Source of the DNA: Candidatus Marinacidobacterales bacterium
GTDB taxonomy: Bacteria > Acidobacteriota > Vicinamibacteria > Marinacidobacterales > DATDRI01
Direction: 5' to 3'
Assembly: GCA_965226495.1 (NCBI GenBank)
Contig: OZ245365.1
Location: 960,001 to 1,024,000, forward strand
DNA: 64,000 bases
Position numbers and translations under genes: made by a program. Position 1 is the first letter of the stretch, and each line of letters opens with the position of its first letter. This document shows positions 28,154 to 38,731 of the stretch, one piece after another. The notes beneath the pieces are model-generated. The model made no database searches. It was not told the origin of the DNA and worked only from the letters and a program-made list of their open reading frames with translations.

Positions 28154-30277
28154 ATGATAGGCATGATAGGCATGAAAGGCATGAGAGGACCCCGGCTCGG
28201 GGTGCTTTCCGCGGTGTTGGTCGTCGGAACCCTGCTCACGGACAGCGCGTCGTCCGCGCAGATGGCATCTTCCGAACCGGAGGGGCGGCCGGGGTCGATC
28301 GAGATCGAGCCTTCACTACTCGTATTGGAGGTCGGCGACAAGGCGCAATTGAAAGCGGTCGTCAAAGATGCGGATGGTACGGTTCTTCCTGACGCCCAAG
28401 TGATCTTTTTCTCCGGCGCGAGGGACTCGGTCGGTGTCACACCGGCCGGGCTCGTCCAGGCCTACCGTCCGGGAAAGCACAAGCTCACTGCCCTCTCTCC
28501 CCTGAATCCGTTCGAGGGTGACGCCGACAGTTACAGTCGAGGCGAACCAGGCATCCGAGCCACGGTGGTGGTGACCGTACCGTTACCGCCGCTGGCCCGC
28601 TTGGAGTTCGTGAACGTACCGGCCGTTCTCTACACCGGCGCGAGCGTTCCGGTCCGTCTGACGGCGACCGACACCAGTGGAGCGATACGCCGGGACGCTC
28701 GTCCGACACTAAAGGTCGACGATGGGACGGTGGCCGCGACGGATGGGTTCGGCGAAGTCACCGGCCTGAAACCGGGCAAGGTGACACTGACCGCGTCCGC
28801 CGAGGCCGCCGAGGCGGACCTCGAATTGACGATCAAAGAGAACCCGATTCGCTCCGTCGAGCTGACGGCTTCGCTCGACAAGGCGCGCACCGGCGACGTC
28901 GTTCACTTCCGAGCCACCGCGAAAGACGCTCGAGGAAAGATCGTAGCCGACGCTCCTCTTAGTTTCTCGCTTCAGGCTCGGCCCGATCCCAACCTTGCCG
29001 AGTCGATCGGCGCGGGCGCTTCCGCCCAGGTGGCTCCCGATGGTCGCTTCGTTGCCGAGCAGCCCGGTATCTACACCGTCGTCGCCTGGTCCGGCAAGGA
29101 GATGGCCCGCCGGAGCATTCAGATTACACCCCGCAACGTGAGGCGAAAGATCGAGCTGGTGGGGCACGCGCCGGTTCGGGATCGGGTGACCTCGGACCTC
29201 TGGGTGTGGGAAGGCGTCGATGGCCGTGACTATGCGGTGCACGGCACGTGGAACGCGGACGGCCACGCGTATTTCTACGACGTGACCGATCCGTCCAACA
29301 TGCAAAAGATCGACATCGTGCAGGTGGACGCGCGGACGGTCAACGACGTCAAAGTGTCGGAGGACGGTCGGATCTGCGTGATCAGTCGTGAAGGCGCCTC
29401 GAACCGGCGGAACGGCATCGTGATCCTGGACGTGAGCGATCCGCGAAACGTCAGAATTCTTTCCCAGTTCGACGATCAACTAACGGGAGGGGTGCACAAC
29501 ATCTTCGTTCACGACCAACACGTCTATGCGGTGAACAACGGGCGGCGTTGGGACGTGATCAACATCGAGGATCCGGCCAAGCCGGTTCGGGTGGGCCGAT
29601 TCGAGAGCGCCACCCCGGGCCGCTCGGTGCACGATGTCTGGGTCCGTGACGGCGTCGCCTACCAGGCCGGTCGTACCGATGGTCTCATCATGGTGGATGT
29701 CGGGGGAGGTGGCCAAGGGGGCTCGCCGGCACGTCCGGTGGAAATGGGACGGATGGAGCAGTTGACCGACTGGAACCATGCGGTATGGCCGTTCCAGAGC
29801 AAATCGGCCGGCAAGTTCTACGTGGTCGGCGGCGACGAGGCCTTTTGGGACAACCCGCTCGCACCCGGCGTCGGGATCAGTTGGAAGGAACGGGTTCCGT
29901 CGTACGCCATGGGATGGCTTCATTTCGTGGAGTTCGACGATCCGAAGTATCCGCGGGAGGTGGCCCGTTACCAGGTGCCGGAATCGGGGCCGCACAACCT
30001 CTGGATCGATTGGGAGAACGAGGTGATGTACGTGGCTCACTTCGAAGCAGGCCTCCGGGTGGTGGACATTTCCGGGGAGCTCATGGGCGACCTGTACCGG
30101 CAGGGGCGCGAGATCGCCAAGTTTTACTCCGACGACACCAAAGGGTTTATTCCCAATGCGCCCTTCGCTTGGGGACCGCAGCCCCATAAGGGGCATATTT
30201 TCTTCGCCGATCTTTATAGCGGGCTTTGGGCGGTTCGATTGGTGCCCCCCGAAGAAACCGAGGCAGAAACGCCTTAA
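28154..30277 (+). CDS. Secreted Ig-like (Big_2) + LVIVD-repeat protein (paralog 1)
   Basis: Signal peptide, Ig-like segments, SDLWVW, GIVILDVSDP, GVHN, HDVWV, PHNLW, GLRVVDIS. Confidence 0.8.
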   Translation: MIGMIGMKGMRGPRLGVLSAVLVVGTLLTDSASSAQMASSEPEGRPGSIEIEPSLLVLEVGDKAQLKAVVKDADGTVLPDAQVIFFSGARDSVGVTPAGLVQAYRPGKHKLTALSPLNPFEGDADSYSRGEPGIRATVVVTVPLPPLARLEFVNVPAVLYTGASVPVRLTATDTSGAIRRDARPTLKVDDGTVAATDGFGEVTGLKPGKVTLTASAEAAEADLELTIKENPIRSVELTASLDKARTGDVVHFRATAKDARGKIVADAPLSFSLQARPDPNLAESIGAGASAQVAPDGRFVAEQPGIYTVVAWSGKEMARRSIQITPRNVRRKIELVGHAPVRDRVTSDLWVWEGVDGRDYAVHGTWNADGHAYFYDVTDPSNMQKIDIVQVDARTVNDVKVSEDGRICVISREGASNRRNGIVILDVSDPRNVRILSQFDDQLTGGVHNIFVHDQHVYAVNNGRRWDVINIEDPAKPVRVGRFESATPGRSVHDVWVRDGVAYQAGRTDGLIMVDVGGGGQGGSPARPVEMGRMEQLTDWNHAVWPFQSKSAGKFYVVGGDEAFWDNPLAPGVGISWKERVPSYAMGWLHFVEFDDPKYPREVARYQVPESGPHNLWIDWENEVMYVAHFEAGLRVVDISGELMGDLYRQGREIAKFYSDDTKGFIPNAPFAWGPQPHKGHIFFADLYSGLWAVRLVPPEETEAETP

Positions 30278-30289
30278 GGGAGGAGACCG

Positions 30290-32437
30290 ATGAAAGCCGT
30301 GATTGTGGGCTCCTTGCTCGTGGTGATCTCCGCCGGGCTTCAAAACGCCGATGAGCCGGCATCGATAGAAGTGCGTCCTGCCTCGCTCACGTTGAGAGTC
30401 GGGGAGAAAGCTACTCTCGAGGCGGTGGTGAAGAATCAGGCTGGTACGGTGCTCGAGGACGCCCCGGTGATTTTTTTCGCCACCGGGATGTCATCTTCGA
30501 TCACGGCTACTCCGGCAGGCATCGTGACCGGGCATCGGACGGGAGAGAACGATGTCGTGGCGCTCTCGCCCTCGGGCATTCGAGCGGATTCCGATCTGTA
30601 CCGCGAAGGGGATCCCGGTGTCCGGATCCGAATCCCGGTGAAAGTGCTGCCGTCTCCGGTCGCCCGGCTCGAGTTCAAAGATCTCCCAGCGAGTCTCTAC
30701 GTTGGCATGACAGTGCCGGTGAGGGTGACAGGGGCGGACGCGGGACAGCGAGAGCGGGACGTACGGGCGGAACTTCGTGTGAGTGACCCGGAGATGGCCG
30801 CTGTTTCTATGTTCGGGCCGGAGTTCCAAGGTTCATCCGACTCTCACCCGTTCTACTACCGGCCGCGACCCGAGCTCTACCCGGGAGAGGCCGCCGGAAT
30901 CCTTACCGCGGTCCGCCCGGGCACGTTGACCCTAACAGCTTCCACCGCCGACGGCGTCCGGGTCGATCGACAACTGACGGTCAAACCCAGCCCGGTAGGC
31001 ACACTCGAGCTGACCGCTTCCCGCGATGAAGCGCGCACCGGCGACGTCGTTCACTTCAAAGCGACCGCCCGAGATTCCGGAGGTCAGACGATCGTGGACG
31101 CACCGGTTCGCTTCGCGCTCCAGAGCTGGCCCGATCCGAGTCGCGCCAGAACGGTCGGCGCGGGAGCCGCGGGCCAGTTGGCGCCCGACGGTCGTTTCGT
31201 GGCTGAGCAGCCGGGTGTTTACACCGTGGTGGCGACCTCCGGAGCTCAAATGGCCGAGCGGAGCGTGCGGGTCACGCCGCGCAACGTGGAACGAACGATC
31301 GAGCTCGTGGGGCACGCGCCGGTGCGGGACCGGGTGACCTCGGACCTCTGGGTATGGGAGGGGATCGACGGCCGCGACTACGCTGTGCATGGCACCTGGA
31401 ACGCCGATGGACATGCGTACTTCTATGATGTCACCGATCCGTCCAACATGCAACGCATCGACATCGTGCAGGTCGACGCGCGCACCGTGAACGACGTCAA
31501 AGTCTCCGAGGACGGCCGGATCTGCGTCATCAGCCGCGAAGGTGCGTCGAATCGGCGGAACGGTTTGGTCATCCTCGACGTCAGCGATCCGCGGAACGTC
31601 AAAATTCTCTCCCGGTTCGACGATCAGTTGACCGGCGGCGTGCACAACGTCTTCATCCACGACAACCACGTCTATGCGGTGAACAACGGGCGGCGTTGGG
31701 ACGCCATCAACATCGAAGATCCGGCCAAGCCGGTGCGGGTGGGTCGATTCGAGACTCAGACCCCGGGCCGCGCGGTGCATGACGTGTGGGTCCAAGACGG
31801 CATCGCCTACCAGGCCGGAAACACCGATGCGCTCATCTTGATCGACGTCGGAGGAGGCGGTCAGGGTGGCTCCCCGGCTCGCCCCGTGGAGATGGCCCGG
31901 ATGCCTCAGCTGACCGGGTGGAACCATTCGGTCTCGCCGTTTCTCAGCAAGTCGGCAGGGAAGTTCTATGTCGTTGGAGGTGACGAAGCGCATCCTCTCA
32001 ATCCCCGAGTACCCGGCGAGATCATCTCCTGGAAGGAGCGCATGCCAAGCCGCGCCATGGGGTGGATCCACTTCGTGGAGTTCGACGATCGCGACAATCC
32101 AAAGGAAGTTGCCCGCTACCGGGTCCCAGAGGCCGGGCCGCACAACTACTGGATCGACTACGAGCAAGAGATCATGTACGTGGGTTACTTCAACGCCGGT
32201 CTCCGGGTGGTGGACATTTCCGGCGAGCTCATGGGCGATCTGTACCGCCAGGGACGCCAAATCGCGAAGTTCTACTCCGACGACAGCGAAGGGTTCGTGC
32301 CGAACGCGCCTTTCGTCTGGGGTGCCCAGCCGCACAAAGGACATATTTTCTTTTCCGATTTCCACAGCGGCCTCTGGGCGGTTCGCCTGGTTGCTCCTCA
32401 TCCTGCCGATGAAGGGGAGAAGGAGTCCACTCCATGA
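30290..32437 (+). CDS. Secreted Ig-like + LVIVD-repeat protein (paralog 2)
   Basis: Same architecture; the propeller half is highly similar to paralog 1; GGAGGAG RBS. Confidence 0.8.
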   Translation: MKAVIVGSLLVVISAGLQNADEPASIEVRPASLTLRVGEKATLEAVVKNQAGTVLEDAPVIFFATGMSSSITATPAGIVTGHRTGENDVVALSPSGIRADSDLYREGDPGVRIRIPVKVLPSPVARLEFKDLPASLYVGMTVPVRVTGADAGQRERDVRAELRVSDPEMAAVSMFGPEFQGSSDSHPFYYRPRPELYPGEAAGILTAVRPGTLTLTASTADGVRVDRQLTVKPSPVGTLELTASRDEARTGDVVHFKATARDSGGQTIVDAPVRFALQSWPDPSRARTVGAGAAGQLAPDGRFVAEQPGVYTVVATSGAQMAERSVRVTPRNVERTIELVGHAPVRDRVTSDLWVWEGIDGRDYAVHGTWNADGHAYFYDVTDPSNMQRIDIVQVDARTVNDVKVSEDGRICVISREGASNRRNGLVILDVSDPRNVKILSRFDDQLTGGVHNVFIHDNHVYAVNNGRRWDAINIEDPAKPVRVGRFETQTPGRAVHDVWVQDGIAYQAGNTDALILIDVGGGGQGGSPARPVEMARMPQLTGWNHSVSPFLSKSAGKFYVVGGDEAHPLNPRVPGEIISWKERMPSRAMGWIHFVEFDDRDNPKEVARYRVPEAGPHNYWIDYEQEIMYVGYFNAGLRVVDISGELMGDLYRQGRQIAKFYSDDSEGFVPNAPFVWGAQPHKGHIFFSDFHSGLWAVRLVAPHPADEGEKESTP

Positions 32438-33534
32438 AACCGAAGGTGAGTCTACTGGCGCTCTCTTTTGTTTTCTCTAGTCTCTCTTGGGCGGGCGAGC
32501 CGCCGAACCCGATCACCGCGACTTATTACGTCTACGTGGCGGCCGAGTCCGACGACACGGTGGATCTCGTCAAGTTCGGACCCGACGGCGGCGTGCTCGA
32601 GAAGAGGATCCCGGTCGGGATCTTTCCCAATGAGATCGAGGGGCCGCACGGGGTCCGCGTGGCTCCCAACGGACGGCATTGGTTCGTTTCCATAGCGCAC
32701 GGCATGCCTTACGGCTACATCTATAAGTACGAAACCGGCAGCGATCTGCAGGTGGGGGAATCACAGGCGGGTTTGTTCCCGGCCACCATGGACATCAGCC
32801 CGACCACGGGTTTTCTCTTCGTCGTGAATTTCAATCTGCACGGCGATCACGAGCCGGGCTCGCTATCGGTGGTGGACACCGTGTCAATGTCGGAAATCGC
32901 ACAGATCGAGCAGGGCATCATGCCCCACGGTTCGCGGCTCAGCCCGGACGCGAAGTACAGCTACTCGGTTGCCATGATGTCCGGCGAGCTCTACGAAATC
33001 GACACCATGACCTTCGAGGTGAAACGCACCCTCGCGCTTACCAAGGACGACACCGAAGAGGCGGCGGGGCACCGACCCCATAAGGGTGCTGGCGCTTCGG
33101 TGAAGCCCACCTGGGTGCAGCCTCATCCGGAGAAACGCTTCGCGTATGTTGCGTTGAACGGTGCGAGCCAGGTCGTGGAAGTCGACTTGGACGCTTGGGC
33201 GATTACCCGCCGCTTTCACACTCACGAAGGGCCGTACAACTTGGCCATTACCCCCAACGGCAAAATTCTGATCGCTACCGAGAAGTCGAACCATTCCACG
33301 GCCTTTTGGGACATCGATTCCGGCAAGGAGCTGGCGAGCGTACCCAGTACCCGACCCATCACCCACGGCGTAACGGTGAGTCCCGACAGCCGATTGGCCT
33401 TTATCTCGGTCGAGGGACGCGGGGGTCAGCCGGGGACGGTGGAGGTCTTCGATCTCGAGACGTTCGAGCGGCGCGCCGCCATCGACGTGGGCAAGCAGGC
33501 TTCGGGGATCGACTTTTGGAAAATGGTTCCTTGA
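32434..33534 (+). CDS. YVTN/YncE-family beta-propeller protein, secreted
   Basis: Signal peptide; repeated PHG motifs (GPHGV, MPHGS, THGV); overlaps the upstream stop. Confidence 0.8.
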   Translation: MKPKVSLLALSFVFSSLSWAGEPPNPITATYYVYVAAESDDTVDLVKFGPDGGVLEKRIPVGIFPNEIEGPHGVRVAPNGRHWFVSIAHGMPYGYIYKYETGSDLQVGESQAGLFPATMDISPTTGFLFVVNFNLHGDHEPGSLSVVDTVSMSEIAQIEQGIMPHGSRLSPDAKYSYSVAMMSGELYEIDTMTFEVKRTLALTKDDTEEAAGHRPHKGAGASVKPTWVQPHPEKRFAYVALNGASQVVEVDLDAWAITRRFHTHEGPYNLAITPNGKILIATEKSNHSTAFWDIDSGKELASVPSTRPITHGVTVSPDSRLAFISVEGRGGQPGTVEVFDLETFERRAAIDVGKQASGIDFWKMVP

Positions 33535-33541
33535 GTGAAGT

Positions 33542-33578
33542 TCAGCTCGAGCCATCCGAGCGCATCTCCGCGCGGAGC
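33542..33578 (-). repeat. Displaced copy of the hydantoinase B 3' end
   Basis: 32/37 nt identical to 40467-40503; encodes LRAEMRSDGSS* vs LRAEMRSDRPS*. Confidence 0.8.
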
Positions 33579-34943
33579 TGTGCCTCATCAAAATCCGTCC
33601 GCGTGTGAAATCAGAAACTTACGCGGCGTTGTCTCCTCCGCCACAGACTGATTTTCCCGCTTGAGATTGCGGTGAAGGAGGCACACTCCGGCGCTATGCT
33701 CCGTGTTCTCGTCTTCCTCGTCTCTCTCGGCGCCCGTGCGATCAGGGCGATGTGTCAGCGCCGAGCCGATCTTATGATAGAAAATCTTGCCTTGCGTCAG
33801 CAAGTTACGGCGCTCAAGAAGGAGCGCCCCCGGCCACCACTCGAGGACACGGAGCGAGCCTTTTGGGTGGCACTACGCAAATCGTGGCCGGGGTGGGCGA
33901 GCCGCTTACTCATCGTTAACGCCGACACCGTCGCGCGGTGGAATCGGGCTCGATTCCGAGGATACTGGGCGAAGATCTCGCAGCAACGCCATCCAGGACG
34001 GCCTCGCGTCGACGCGGAGATTCTTCGGCTCATCCGGATGATGGCGCAAGACGGCTGGAGTGCACCGCGTATCCACGCGGAGCTCACGAAGCTCGGATTC
34101 TCTGTCTCCGAAATGACGGTGTCGCGTTACCTGCCGCGCCGGCCTGGCGAACCCGATGAGGTGAAGCGCTGGGTAGCTTTCTTGCGAAACCACAAAGACG
34201 ACATCGCGGCGATGGATTTGTTCACCGTACCGACGGCGTCGCTCCGGTTGCTGTACGGCTTCTTTGTCATCGAGCATGACCGTCGTCATATCCTGCACTT
34301 TGGCGCCACGTTCCACCCGACGGCGGCGTGGGTGATCCGGCAACTACGTGAGGCGTTTCCCTACGACACCGCGCCGAGATACCTCATTTTTGAAAGGGAC
34401 TCGATCTTCAGCTCCGCGGTGGTCGAGTTCATCAAGGCGATGGGCACGAAGCCTGTTCGGATCTCTTTTCGCAGTCCTTGGCAGAACGGAAGGGCCGAGC
34501 GCTGGATCGGCAGCTGCCATCGAGAGCTCCTTGAGCACGTCGTCGTCCTCAGCGAGCGTCATTTCATTCGCCTGGTACGGTCTTACATCAGCTACTATCA
34601 CGAGGACCGCTGTCACTTGGGACTCAGCAAAGACACGCCGAACGCAAGAGCAATGGCGCCGCGAGCGTCACCGACGGCGAAAGTCGTCGCGCTGCCGCGA
34701 GTGGGTGGACTGCACCACCGGTACGAATGGCGCGAGGCTGCTTGAGCAGACAGCTCAAGCGAGCTAGATGGGCGGTGGGGCCTCCGTCCTCGAACTCCGT
34801 GAACTCTCGACACCGACAGACGTCCTCGCAAGGCTCCAACATGCGACGTGGCGTGCCGTCCGCATCGCTGCTTCCATGTCCGACAACGAGGTGTGGCGAC
34901 CGGGGCCGTTCGGGGCCGTTCGGATTAATATTGATGAGCCACA
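33579..34943 (+). mobile_element. Insertion sequence with integrase-core (rve/DDE) transposase and imperfect terminal inverted repeats
   Basis: Left end TGTGCCTCATCAAAATCCG; right end reverse complement TGTGGCTCATCAATATTAATCCG; 2x CGGGGCCGTT at 34901-34920. Confidence 0.8.
33672..34745 (+). CDS. Integrase core domain transposase
   Basis: ENLALRQQ, WSAPRIHAELTKLG, AMDLFTV, SPWQNGRAERWIG, LPRVGGLHHRY. Confidence 0.9.
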   Translation: MKEAHSGAMLRVLVFLVSLGARAIRAMCQRRADLMIENLALRQQVTALKKERPRPPLEDTERAFWVALRKSWPGWASRLLIVNADTVARWNRARFRGYWAKISQQRHPGRPRVDAEILRLIRMMAQDGWSAPRIHAELTKLGFSVSEMTVSRYLPRRPGEPDEVKRWVAFLRNHKDDIAAMDLFTVPTASLRLLYGFFVIEHDRRHILHFGATFHPTAAWVIRQLREAFPYDTAPRYLIFERDSIFSSAVVEFIKAMGTKPVRISFRSPWQNGRAERWIGSCHRELLEHVVVLSERHFIRLVRSYISYYHEDRCHLGLSKDTPNARAMAPRASPTAKVVALPRVGGLHHRYEWREAA

Positions 34944-35025
34944 GCATAAGAACCTCCTTCCGTCTCATTATCTTGATCGCAATTGACCCCCTCGCCGGCC
35001 TGAGCGTAAGGACAAACAAGCCCAA

Positions 35026-35727
35026 TCATGTGGCGCTCTTGAGACCGCGAGGTGGCGCGTCAGACGCGGGGACCGCAGCCGAGTCGGTGGGTTGAGAGAT
35101 GACCGCGACGCCGTATTCCTCTGCGGCATCTTTGAGCCAGGTGGCGACGTAATCGGCAAAGCTACGGCGCACCATGAGATCGAATGACGGCAAATCACCC
35201 CGGTGCCGGATGAGGACCCCGGCTTTTGCGAGGTGGGTCTGAGTGCAGCGCCCGGGACCGAAGACCCGTGCGTGAAGATCCACGGGGCTCCCTTTGCTCA
35301 GCACGTCACGGGCATGAGCGCCCCGAATGTTGATGACCGTTTGACCACCGCTCAAATCGGTGACGGCGGAGAATACGTTGCCCAAGGCGGTCCGCAGGGC
35401 TTTGGCGATTCGGTCTTGCTGGTCCTCCGGGGTCAAGAGCAGCCATTCATTGGGTCCGAGCCAGAGAGCGGTCAGCTCGCGGCCGTCCGTGACGGTGTTG
35501 GGGTCCAAGGGCAAACCGAATCCAACCACTGCCTCAACGGCTTCGAGAAACGCGGTGTCGGTCGGCTCGCCGCGCAGATTCAGATGGCCGAGGAAAGGGC
35601 GCTCCTGCAGTTGGACACCGGCCTGACCAGCCTGACCGGCCTGACCGGCCTGACCGTAAAGCCTAGCGCTCGGTTCGGCCGCGTAAAACTCTGCCAAAGG
35701 AGACTCTCGACGGGCCCGTTCAGACAT
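35026..35727 (-). CDS. soxG: Sarcosine oxidase subunit gamma
   Basis: LWLGPNEWL, DLSGGQT, VRRSFADY; position in operon. Confidence 0.9.
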   Translation of the reverse strand: MSERARRESPLAEFYAAEPSARLYGQAGQAGQAGQAGVQLQERPFLGHLNLRGEPTDTAFLEAVEAVVGFGLPLDPNTVTDGRELTALWLGPNEWLLLTPEDQQDRIAKALRTALGNVFSAVTDLSGGQTVINIRGAHARDVLSKGSPVDLHARVFGPGRCTQTHLAKAGVLIRHRGDLPSFDLMVRRSFADYVATWLKDAAEEYGVAVISQPTDSAAVPASDAPPRGLKSAT

Positions 35728-38700
35728 TTTGTCTCGCTCCCTCCGGATCGTAGAACACCGGTTGGGTAATCACCGCACTCACCGTTCGGCCCTTCAACAA
35801 CGGTATGTGCACCCTCTGGTTCATACGGGAGCGTCCAGACTTTACCAGGGCCAGCGCAAAAGAGCGGCCAAGGTGGGCACTGAAATAGCTGGAGGTGACG
35901 TGACCTATCATCGGCACCGGAATGGAAGCCGAGAGAGACTCGACGATTTGCCCGCCTTCTGGCAAAACCTCCGACGGCGTTTCGGTCAACAAACCAACCA
36001 GTTGTTTACGATCTTCACGTACACAATCCGGTCGAGCGAGGGAGCGCTTGCCGAGGAAGTCCTTTTGTTTGCTGAGAACCCAATCCATGCCTAGATCCCC
36101 GGGAGTGACCGAACCGTCGGTCTCCTGACCCACGATGATGAAGCCTTTCTCGGCGCGCAAGATATGCAAGGCTTCCGTGCCGTAGGGGGTGATATCGTAT
36201 TCCTTCCCCGCTTCCATCAAGGCTTCCCAGACTCCCCGGCCATAGTTGGCCGAAACATTGACCTCGTAAGTCAGCTCTCCGCTAAAGCTGATGCGAAAAA
36301 CCCGGGCCGGCACGCCGGCCACCGTTCCGTGGCGAACGGACATGAAGGGGAAGGCCTCGCGAGAAAAGTCGATATCGTCGCATAGCTTCGTGATCATCTT
36401 TCGACTATAGGCTCCTACCACGGCGATGGTTGCCCAGTGATCGGTGACCGACGTCAAGTAGACCTTGAGCTCCGGCCATTCCGTCTGCAACCACCGCTCG
36501 AGCCAAGACATCACGTTCGCCGCCCCGCCGGTAGTGGTGTGCATTAAATAATGATGCTCGGCGAGTCGGGCGGTGACCCCGTCGTCCATCACCATGCCGT
36601 CTTCACCCAGCATCAGACCGTAGCGACAGCGACCGACGCCGAGCTTGCTCCAGCCGTTGGTGTACACACGATTGAGAAACTCGGCGACATCTGGCCCCTG
36701 TAAATCGATCTTCCCCAGAGTCGATTGATCGACGAGGCAAACGCCGGTGCGGGCCGCGAGACATTCTCGGTTCACGGTATCGTGCATCGTCTCGCCGGGA
36801 CGCGGGTAGTACCAGGGGCGTTTCCACTGCCCGACGTTCTCGAACTCCGCTCCCATCTCCGCATGCCACGCGTGTATCGCGGTCTTACGCACCGGATCGA
36901 AGAGCGGCCCCAGGTCGCGCCCGGCGAGGGCTCCGAAGCTGATAGGCGTGTAGGAAGGACGGAACTTGGTGGTGCCGACGGAGGGGAGATCGACACCCAA
37001 CGTCTTGGCTACGATTCCCATGCCGTTGATGCTGCCGAGCTTCCCCTGATCCGTGCCCATCGCCAGGGTGGTATAGCGCTTGACCAGCTCGATCGACTCG
37101 AAGCCCTCGCGCACGGCCAGCACGATGTCCGCCGCACTCACGTCCTCTTGCATGTCCACGAACTGCTTGTGCTCCCGCGAGATCGGTTCGCGGGACGGAA
37201 CGACCCACATTGGACAGAGCGGCTCCTCGGCCTCTTCGGGGATATCGGGTACCTTTGCCTTGGCTCGTCCGCCGCCGAAGCCGGCGTCGTGAGCAGCGGC
37301 GGCGCCCGCGGCCGAGCCTTCGGCCAAAGATTCACGTAGGGTGAAGTCGCCGTTACAGGAGCCCGCCGAGCGCTCCGCCTGGACGGACTCGCCAGGCACA
37401 AAGCAGGCCTTGAGCGTGTCCCAGCGCAACTTGCCCCCGGATTGGGAGTGCAGGTGTACGGTGGGAGTCCACCCTCCGGAAACGGCAACCAGATCGCTCT
37501 CGATCTCACGGACCTTGCCCTCGACGGACCCTCCCTCGGCGTCGAGGCGCATGACCTCGACGCCGCTCACCCTCTTCTTACCGAGCACGTCCACCACGGC
37601 ATGGCCGCCGATCACCTCGATACCCCGTTGCCGCACCAGGGAGGGCAGAGCACCACGCGGCTCTCCTCGCACATCCACCACCGCGGCCACCGCCGTTCCC
37701 GCCTCGGCGAGGTCTAGCGCCGTTTGATAGGCGCTGTCGTTGTTCGTGAACACTAGCGCCCGCGACCCGGGCGCCACGGCATATCGGTTCACATACGTAG
37801 AGACGGCCGACGCCAACAGGATGCCGGGACGGTCATTATTAGGAAACACCAGAGGGCGCTCGATGGCACCAGCGGCGAGAACCACCTGCTTGGCTCGGAC
37901 TCCCCAGAGCCTTTCACGGGGTCTCGACTGGGCAGCGGGGGGCAAGTGGGCCGTCACTCGCTCGAGGATTCCCAGGAAATTGTGGTCGTAGTAGCCGAAC
38001 ACGGTGCTGCGCGGAAGGAGGCGCACCTCCTCCATCCCACGCAGTTCCTCAATGGCCGCCGTCGCCCATTCCATAGCGGGAGCGCCATCGATAAGCTGGC
38101 GGCTACTTAGAGCGCTGCCGCCCAGCTCGGACTGCTCGTCGGCGAGAATGACCCGCGCACCCGTGCGACCGGCCTCGACCGCCGCTGCGAGTCCGGCGGG
38201 GCCGCTTCCGAGGACCAAAACGTCACAGTGGGTATGGACTTTGTCGTAACGATCGGGGTCGGGTTCTCTCGGCGAGAGTCCCAAGCCCGCCGCACGGCGA
38301 ATAAAGGACTCGTACTTCATCCACATGCGCTTCGGCCGCATGAAGGTCTTGTAGTAAAAGCCGGAAGGCAGAAAACGAGAAAAAAGGCCGATAAACGCAT
38401 AAGCGTCCCAATGGAGGCTTGGCCAGCAATTGACGCTTGCCGCGCGAAGTCCCTGATAGAGCTCGACCTGAGTCGCGACTTGATTGGGCAGCGTGTGGCC
38501 GCCGCTCCCTATTTGAAGAACGGCATTCGGCTCTTCGGTACCGCTTCCCACGATGCCGCGGGGGCGGTGATACTTGAAGCTCCGTCCGACTAAATGGATG
38601 CCGTTCGCCAGCAAAGCCGATGCGAGCGTGTCCCCCTGATAGCCTCGACAACGCTCACCATTGAATGTGAACTCCAGCGGCTTGTCACGGGCGATTCGGC

Positions 38701-38731
38701 CACCCGTGGCGAGACGATGCCGCTCGGTCAC
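35720..38731 (-). CDS. soxA: Sarcosine oxidase subunit alpha
   Basis: GDTLASALLANG, RSFKYHRPRG, GSGPAG, KRYTTLAMGTDQGK, GcvT-like C-terminus. Confidence 0.95.
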   Translation of the reverse strand: MTERHRLATGGRIARDKPLEFTFNGERCRGYQGDTLASALLANGIHLVGRSFKYHRPRGIVGSGTEEPNAVLQIGSGGHTLPNQVATQVELYQGLRAASVNCWPSLHWDAYAFIGLFSRFLPSGFYYKTFMRPKRMWMKYESFIRRAAGLGLSPREPDPDRYDKVHTHCDVLVLGSGPAGLAAAVEAGRTGARVILADEQSELGGSALSSRQLIDGAPAMEWATAAIEELRGMEEVRLLPRSTVFGYYDHNFLGILERVTAHLPPAAQSRPRERLWGVRAKQVVLAAGAIERPLVFPNNDRPGILLASAVSTYVNRYAVAPGSRALVFTNNDSAYQTALDLAEAGTAVAAVVDVRGEPRGALPSLVRQRGIEVIGGHAVVDVLGKKRVSGVEVMRLDAEGGSVEGKVREIESDLVAVSGGWTPTVHLHSQSGGKLRWDTLKACFVPGESVQAERSAGSCNGDFTLRESLAEGSAAGAAAAHDAGFGGGRAKAKVPDIPEEAEEPLCPMWVVPSREPISREHKQFVDMQEDVSAADIVLAVREGFESIELVKRYTTLAMGTDQGKLGSINGMGIVAKTLGVDLPSVGTTKFRPSYTPISFGALAGRDLGPLFDPVRKTAIHAWHAEMGAEFENVGQWKRPWYYPRPGETMHDTVNRECLAARTGVCLVDQSTLGKIDLQGPDVAEFLNRVYTNGWSKLGVGRCRYGLMLGEDGMVMDDGVTARLAEHHYLMHTTTGGAANVMSWLERWLQTEWPELKVYLTSVTDHWATIAVVGAYSRKMITKLCDDIDFSREAFPFMSVRHGTVAGVPARVFRISFSGELTYEVNVSANYGRGVWEALMEAGKEYDITPYGTEALHILRAEKGFIIVGQETDGSVTPGDLGMDWVLSKQKDFLGKRSLARPDCVREDRKQLVGLLTETPSEVLPEGGQIVESLSASIPVPMIGHVTSSYFSAHLGRSFALALVKSGRSRMNQRVHIPLLKGRTVSAVITQPVFYDPEGARQNV

